Source: Eledone cirrhosa
Lineage: Eukaryota
Assembly (NCBI GenBank): GCA_964016885.1
Contig: OZ024745.1
Location: forward strand, 129,828,001-129,892,000
Direction of reading: 5' to 3'
Length of the DNA stretch: 64,000 nucleotides
The notes beneath the pieces are model-generated. The model was not told where the DNA came from and searched no databases. It saw nothing but the letters and a program-made list of their open reading frames with translations. The position numbers and the translations under genes were made by a program. Positions 57,430 through 64,000 of the stretch are shown here, one piece after another. The first letter of the stretch is position 1. The number at the start of each line of letters is the position of its first letter.

Positions 57430-57948
57430 GGGCAGTTGATTGGCAGTGTCTGTGGAGCGTCGGACAACATGCTTGTGACATAGTGTTACGGCTCTTTACG
57501 TTCTGAGTTCAAATCCTGCCGATGTTAGCTTTGCTTATCATCCTTATGGTGTGATAAAATAAAGTACCAGTCACGCATTGGGGTTGATTTAATCGACTTT
57601 CCTCTTCCCCCAAATTTGCTGGCCTTGTGCCTAAATCAGAAATCTTTATAAGATTTATATCCGATCTTCTCTTACTCAAGGTGTGAGTCACTATTTCGTA
57701 GATAACAAACATCGTTATATTAATTTATATGATGTCGGTGGATTGGCAGTATTGGTAGAGAGTCGGACACCATGCTTTGAAGCATAGAGTTACGGCCCTT
57801 TACGGTATGAGTTTAAATCCCGCCGACGTTAACTTTGCCTTTCATCCTTACGGGGTCGATAAAATAAAGTACCAGTAACATACTTGGGTCGATTTGGTCG
57901 ACTTTCCTCTCCCCGCAAATTACTGGCCTGGTGTCTATACTAGAAATC
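57430..57948 (+). mobile_element. Two SINE family 1 copies (about 57430-57645 and 57736-57948)
   Basis: Family motifs, long subtype with the ggggtcgatttaatcgac hairpin. Confidence 0.82.
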
Positions 57949-58610
57949 TTTATATTAATTTATGTGAACCACCAAATGAAACATATCGGTGCAAGTTCGT
58001 ATCATTTGCACATTAAAGATGATATTTTCTCCTATCATACATTTGTATTTCATACATTTTCGGAATGGCAGTCAATACGCTTTCAGATTGTTTTCTATCA
58101 TATTGAAAATGAGAGTACTCGTTTGATAATTCTTATCCGGAATACAATATGGAGTGTCTTTGATTATGGTGCATCTCATCAGATTTGATCTGAGGAATCA
58201 ATATTTTGCAATCAACATTTTTAAAACATCAGGTTTTAAATCAATGAAAATGTAAATCAATGAAACTGGAATTATAGTTTAGCTAAATAAAAGCTTGAAT
58301 TTTCAGTGGTCAAGGTATTTACAACATAGACGAAACCGACTTTATTTGCTTTAGGAATAATATATCCATAATTATATTATTAATTTTTTATTTACTTGTA
58401 AGTCTGCAGGCGGGGACTAAAGAGAAATATGGCTACTATTTCTAGCATTTATCACAAAAGGATTCAAATGTGCTGCTGTATTGTAGTTGACATTGCTGTG
58501 TTTTTTGTTGCCGCTGTTGTTATTGCTAATGTTGTTACATTTTTGTTGTTCTGCTCTAGTTTTTCCGGCTTCATCTGCTGCAGTTTTTTCATTGGTGTTG
58601 CTGTAGATTA

Positions 58611-58830
58611 GGGGCGATGGATTGGCACTATCGGTAGAGGGTCGGACGCCATGCTTTGCAGCATAGAGTTATGGCCCTCTATGATCTGAGTTCAAATCCC
58701 GCCGAGGTTAACTTTGCCTTTCATTCTTACGGGGTCGATAAAATAAAGTACCAGTAATGCACTGGGGTCGATTTAATCGACTTTCCCCTCCCCAAAATTG
58801 CTGGCCTTGTGCCTATATAAGAAGCCATTA
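58611..58830 (+). mobile_element. SINE family 1, long subtype
   Basis: Family motifs. Confidence 0.88.
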
Positions 58831-59415
58831 TTGTTGCTGTAGATTTTCTGATGCGGTTATTGTTGATGCGGTTATTAGTATTGGCAAATTAGCAGAATCG
58901 TTAGAACATCGTATAGAATGTTTGTGGTCTTCGTTTCAGCTCTCTGCTCTCTGAGTTCAAATCCCAGCGAATTCAACTTTACCTTTCATTCATTTATTCA
59001 AGGCGATAATACTGGGTCGATTCTTTCTTTATATCTCTTTCGCACGTTCTCGCTCTCACTCTCTATTCTTCTCTAGACGAAATCTGACCTCGAGAGGGGT
59101 GAGCTCCGCCATGTTTAAAAATGTCATAGAAAAGCTGCATGTCAATACGCACCCCAATGATTCCCTCAGGAGTCACGAGATCATGCATGCATGCAAAGAT
59201 TTTATTATGTATTTCTGTTTCAACTGGGGTTCTTGTTGATGTTGTTGTTGTAGTCAAGTGTCTATATATGAGAGTCAATTTAATTACATCTCTACAATTG
59301 TTTAATCATGCGCCAATCTAAGAAGTCATTGCTGTTGCTGCGAACAAAACAACTCGAATTATGTAAATATATGGAGCCTAAATAATTCGTGATATATTAT
59401 TGTTACGTCAGAGGA

Positions 59416-59900
59416 GGGCGGTGGATTGGCAGTATCGGTAGAAGGTCGGACGCCATACTTTGCAGCACAGAGTTACGCCCCTTTACGGTCTGAGTACCAA
59501 TCCCGCCGAGGTTAACGTTGCCTTTCATCCATAGTCTAAAGTCTGTCTTAAGCCAGAAGGCTCAATTGGCCGGTGCTTATCCCGGTTTCATGGCGTGAAG
59601 CGACTGAGAGTAGAAGACTCCCTCCTGGAAAGGACGCCAGTCCATCGCAGTTTTAAACCTCCAGCTATTGTTGGTACTCATTTTCAGATGAGTATACAGG
59701 AGCAACGTGAAATGAAGTGTTTTTCTCAAGAACACAACACGCAACCCAGGAATCGAGCCAACGACACTATGATCGTAAGTCCAACACTCTTACCACTAGA
59801 CCACGTGCCTCCACCTTTCATCCATACGGCGTCGACAAAATAATGTACCAGTAATGTACTGGGTATTTGCTAGCCTTGTGCCAAAATTAGAAACAGTTAT
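59416..59900 (+). mobile_element. SINE family 1 copy split by a nested insertion
   Basis: 5' half at 59416-59533 and 3' half at 59814-59900. Confidence 0.85.
59534..59813 (-). mobile_element. Full-length SINE family 2 nested in SINE family 1, with a 13-bp TSD
   Basis: TSD cctttcatccata at 59521-59533 and 59814-59826. The reverse complement starts tggaggcacgtggtctagtggtaag (A-box) and includes ggctcgattcc (B-box). Confidence 0.85.
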
Positions 59901-60534
59901 ATTATTGTTACGTCATTTTACATCTAAGCTTCACTTGCATCAAGATTCACTCTCTCTCTTTTTGTACATGAAATGTAAAAATATATACATATATTTCAGC
60001 CTTTGTCCACATATTATCTCATATCAGGATTGATTTTGTTATTTAACATACCTTATCATTGCTGTAACTTACATATTTTGCAAATAGCCGTTATCATAAT
60101 ACTGATGCTCTACTTTCTATTGGATCTGACGCTTGTTTGTTCGCTTTAAATTAAGTTAGCTATGTACCTATACGATAAAGTATTAATATCTGACCTTGTG
60201 CAAATGCTACCAATCATTATTAAATGAGCTTGCACTTGTTATTTTCGTCATGTATTTGTCTTACTGTTTGATACCATTGTTGTTTATTATATATATTATT
60301 GCAGCTCTCTTGAGTTAATTCACCTGTAGTCGAAGCAGCCAACCAAACTGAAATTCGAGCAATATTGTTCGTGATTCAAACATTCTGCAATACATCAGGG
60401 ACAACCAGCCTCTACATTTCGAACTGAAGATATGTCATATTGATCACGATTCTTATATCGAAATTTCTTTTCTTCTATGCTATTTGTATTTCGTAATAAT
60501 TATGTTGTGGAAGGTTTGCTCTGGTGTAAATATA

Positions 60535-60716
60535 ATATTGTTTCTACTGTAGGCACAAGGCCAGCAAATTACCCAGTACATTACTGGTACTTTATCCCGT
60601 AAGGATGAAAGGCAAAGTTAACCTCGACGGGATTTGAACTCAGACAGTAAAGGGACGTAACTATCCTAGAATGCATGGCGTCCGACTCTCTACCGATACC
60701 GCCAATTCACCGCCCT
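60535..60716 (-). mobile_element. SINE family 1
   Basis: Reverse complement of the family motifs. Confidence 0.85.
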
Positions 60717-61033
60717 TTGGTGAAATATAATATTACTGCCAAATGCTTATTGAGCGTTAGGTAACTTCATGACACGGTCAAGCTTGCTACTATTGTTTTT
60801 TCTACTCTTATCATCAATACTGTTTTTTTTTATATATAAAATTATGTTATTGTTTTGCTTTAGATTATTCCTGATTAAGCAGATATATGTATCAAAGGCT
60901 CTCCAGCTTTTACTATGCTATCTCCGCCTGGCAGTAATATATATATATATATATATATATACATTATGAAGAGAGAAGAAACATTTAGATATAATTAGTA
61001 ATAAAATGTATCATACCTAAACTGCTCCTAAAT

Positions 61034-61123
61034 TCCTCGACTACGTAGTTTCGTGGCATAAACAAAAACAATATATCATAAAGATATAGAGTCCCTGCGA
61101 GGTCTGCCGACTTATCAAGAGGA
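61034..61123 (-). ncRNA. Type I hammerhead ribozyme motif with U3:A8 core variant
   Basis: Reverse complement reads tcctc-TTGATAA-gt c ggca..tgcc ac-GAAA-ctacgtag (palindrome)-TC-gagga, with a GUC cleavage triplet. Confidence 0.8.
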
Positions 61124-61628
61124 TACCTCATTTTACTAGTCTCAAGAATGCGTCTACACGACGTGAGAAAGAATCCCAAAAGGCGGAGGGGGAGATAGTC
61201 ACGCGATATAACGGTCGAGAAACAGAGCTAAGCCTCCTATAACCACGAAGAAAATACCACGGAGGCGGAGGGGGTATTCATATCGAGGCCGCAGAAGAGG
61301 TGGTGAAGAAGGCTAGAAGTATGAGTAATGGAAGCTTTCCAGTTGTCCCCACACTTCAAAGATTGCTCGACCAGAGGGAGTTATTAACAATATATTTAGA
61401 AACACACAGATACATGCGGACACACACATATATACATGAATGCATCCGCACCCAACTGTGAGTTAAGGGTGCCAACTTCACCGATGTTGCTCAATGAATG
61501 ACCGGGACAGACCAATTCAGTTGAACCAGACTGAACCAGTATCAGAGTTAAAAATACATTATGAAGAGAGAAGAAACATTTAGATATAATTAGTAATAAA
61601 ATGTATCATACCTAAACTGCTCCTAAAT

Positions 61629-61718
61629 TCCTCGACTACGTAGTTTCGTGGCATAAACAAAAACAATATATCATAAAGATATAGAGTCCCTGCGAGATCT
61701 GCCGACTTATCAAGAGGA
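61629..61718 (-). ncRNA. Type I hammerhead ribozyme motif with U3:A8 core variant (second unit)
   Basis: Same as 61034-61123, offset by 595 bp. A third half-motif lies at 62224-62270. Confidence 0.8.
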
Positions 61719-62390
61719 TACCTCATTTTACTAGTCTCAAGAACGCGTCTACACGACGTGAGAAAGAATCCCAAAAGGCGGAGGGGGAGATAGTCACGCG
61801 ATATAACGGTCGAGAAACAGAGCTAAGCCTCCTATAACCACGAAGAAAATACCACGGAGGCGGAGGGGGTATTCATATCGAGGCCGCAGAAGAGGTGGTG
61901 AAGAAGGCTAGAAGTATGAGTAATGGAAGCTTTCCAGTTGTCCCCACACTTCAAAGATTGCTCGACCAGAGGGAGTTATTAACAATATATTTAGAAACAC
62001 ACAGATACATGCGGACACACACATATATACATGAATGCATCCGCACCCAACTGTGAGTTAAGGGTGCCAACTTCACCGATGTTGCTCAATGAATGACCGG
62101 GACAGACCAATTCAGTTGAACCAGACTGAACCAGTATCAGAGTTAAAAATACATTATGAAGAGAGAAGAAACATTTAGATATAATTAGTAATAAAATGTA
62201 TCATACCTAAACTGCTCCTAAATTCCTCGACTACGTAGTTTCGTGGCATAAACAAAAACAATATATCATAATATATATATTACTACAGTATACAATCTGT
62301 ACTTCAGTGTTCACGATGGTTGGGTCTGATTGCATGTTGATTCGATAGGTATTTCTAGCTGTTCAACTGATTGTATATTATATCGTATTT

Positions 62391-62568
62391 GGCGATGAAT
62401 TGGCAGTATCGGACGCCATGTTTTTCAGCATAGTTACGTCCCTTTATGATCTGAGTTCAAATCCCGCCGAGGTTAACTTTGCCTTTCATCCTTACGGGGT
62501 CGATAAAATAAAGTACCAGTAATACACTGGGATAATTGCTGGCCTTGTGCCAAAAGTAGAAACAATTA
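62391..62568 (+). mobile_element. SINE family 1
   Basis: Family motifs with a short internal deletion. Confidence 0.85.
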
Positions 62569-62629
62569 TATATCGTAATTCTTGATATTTACCAATAATT
62601 TCGTAATTTTTCTAGCTATCGTCCCGTTT

Positions 62630-62897
62630 ACACTTCTTCTACTTCTTCTTCGTCTTCTTCACCTTCTTCTTCATCTCCCCCAAGCTCCTCCCCTCCTCTC
62701 CTTATTCTTCCTCCTTCTTCTCCTCCACCTCCTCCTCCTCCTCCTTCTCACCCTCACCATCCACTTTTGTTTCATCTTCTTCACCTTCCTCCTCCACTTC
62801 TTTTTTCCTCTTTCTCCTACTCTTCTTTTTTCTTCCTCCTCCTCCCCCTCTTCTTTTTCTCCTTCATCCTTTTCTTCCTTGTCTTATTGTTCTTCTT
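62630..62897. repeat. Pyrimidine-rich (CTT/CCT)n low-complexity tract
   Basis: Direct reading. Confidence 0.85.
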
Positions 62898-63633
62898 GAG
62901 AGGGTCGTGGGGCCAATGTCCTCACACAGTCTCTCCAGCGGGTCCAGTCAGAAACAACGTATTTACACTTAGTCGTTTCCCTTGTTCTATTTACTGCTAG
63001 TATATTACTAAACGCTTCTGTTGATATAGTTTTTTATATATCCCTGCTTTTGCTACCTATGTCACTGATTATTACTGGTATTGACGTCTAGCAAGATGTA
63101 GGTATTGTAGCCCTCATGACGGGCCTACACTGAACATTCTGCTATTGTAATTGTTGCAGCTCTTCTTGCCATTGGTTTCACATTTACATTGTTCTTGATA
63201 TTCTTCATCTAGATATATGGAATGTTTTTTAACAATCGTATTTCTTTATATTAAGTTGCTTTTCTTGTTGTTGTTGGTGGTGGAGGTAGTGGTAGTTTTA
63301 GCAGCGGGGTGCTTTGTTCTGCCCAGTTGTAATTTCTAAGCTAAAAACCTAATTTCATGCTAAATTCTTCTCTTGGCGACAGTTTGGAATTGAACTAGAG
63401 ATGGTAAATTAGAAATACTTTATGTTTATTGAGGAGAATTCCCACTACACGTAAGGCAAAGTATAGTTCTTCAAAATAAACACACATTTTGCTCAACTTA
63501 TGTAGAGACACATACATAAACTCTTTCCTTACTCAAATAATGCACATATACAATAATATGATGCAAACAAAATATATAGAACACTCAAGTAATAGAGACA
63601 ACTCAGAAAGCACACATCCTCATGGGATCAGAA

Positions 63634-63638
<5 letters not shown>

Positions 63639-63732
<94 letters not shown>

Positions 63733-63745
63733 TCTCTTTCTCTCT
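63639..63745. repeat. (CT)n microsatellite
   Basis: Direct reading. Confidence 0.95.
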
Positions 63746-64000
63746 TACATTTTCTCGTTACATATGAATAACGATTCGTATTAATTACGTTAATCATAGC
63801 CACTGTTGGTGTATATACCTCATCAAATTGCATCACATCTTTATTAAAAGGAAGCATCATCGTAAACAATGATGCATGATTCTTACTTTTGCTATTCAGA
63901 ATAGAATACTTTCCATGTGTATAATTTGGTGAAATATTTTCTCCAGCAAAGTGTCTTGATCCGATTACATTATATGAAATGTAATTTGCAGCGATCTGAA

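Larger units (their letters stand above)
60960..62270 (-). mobile_element. Head-to-tail 595-bp repeat (2.2 units) with one HHR per unit, retrozyme-like or non-autonomous Penelope-like, flanked by (TA)n
   Basis: Units start at 60960, 61555 and 62150. Only two substitutions were seen between the full units, and there is no credible ORF. Confidence 0.8.

Noticed and set aside
60985-61774. Duplicated 64-aa ORFs in the 595-bp repeat
   Set aside because: They have a non-ATG start and no recognisable domain, and they overlap the ribozyme, so they are likely incidental.
52838-62270. CRISPR-like array interpretation of the tandem repeats
   Set aside because: The context is eukaryotic, the units are 595 and about 1255 bp with no unique spacers, and there are no cas genes.

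Overview
AT-rich, microsatellite-dense eukaryotic DNA, most likely from an octopod cephalopod (inferred from the abundant tRNA-derived SINE family and the (TA)n/(CA)n/(GA)n load). No intact protein-coding gene is evident. The window holds a full-length but decayed Helitron (18388-24177, minus, both termini intact), R4/Dong-type and RTE-type LINE remnants, about 25 SINE copies, a mariner-derived MITE, a frameshifted CTR/SLC31 copper transporter gene (about 50503-51047) and two tandem duplications. The main hidden signal, read by eye, is about 20 type-I hammerhead ribozyme (HHR) motifs from roughly 10 sequence families. They lie in fold-back inverted repeats or head-to-tail repeats inserted into (TA)n tracts, and one set is linked to a Penelope-type GIY-YIG endonuclease remnant. 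The strongest novelty candidate is a 595-bp head-to-tail repeat (60960-62270) whose HHR carries a compensatory U3:A8 core (UUGAUAA) and a palindromic stem III, giving a retrozyme-like unit. All folds and alignments were done manually, so boundaries may be off by a few nucleotides and no activity is demonstrated.
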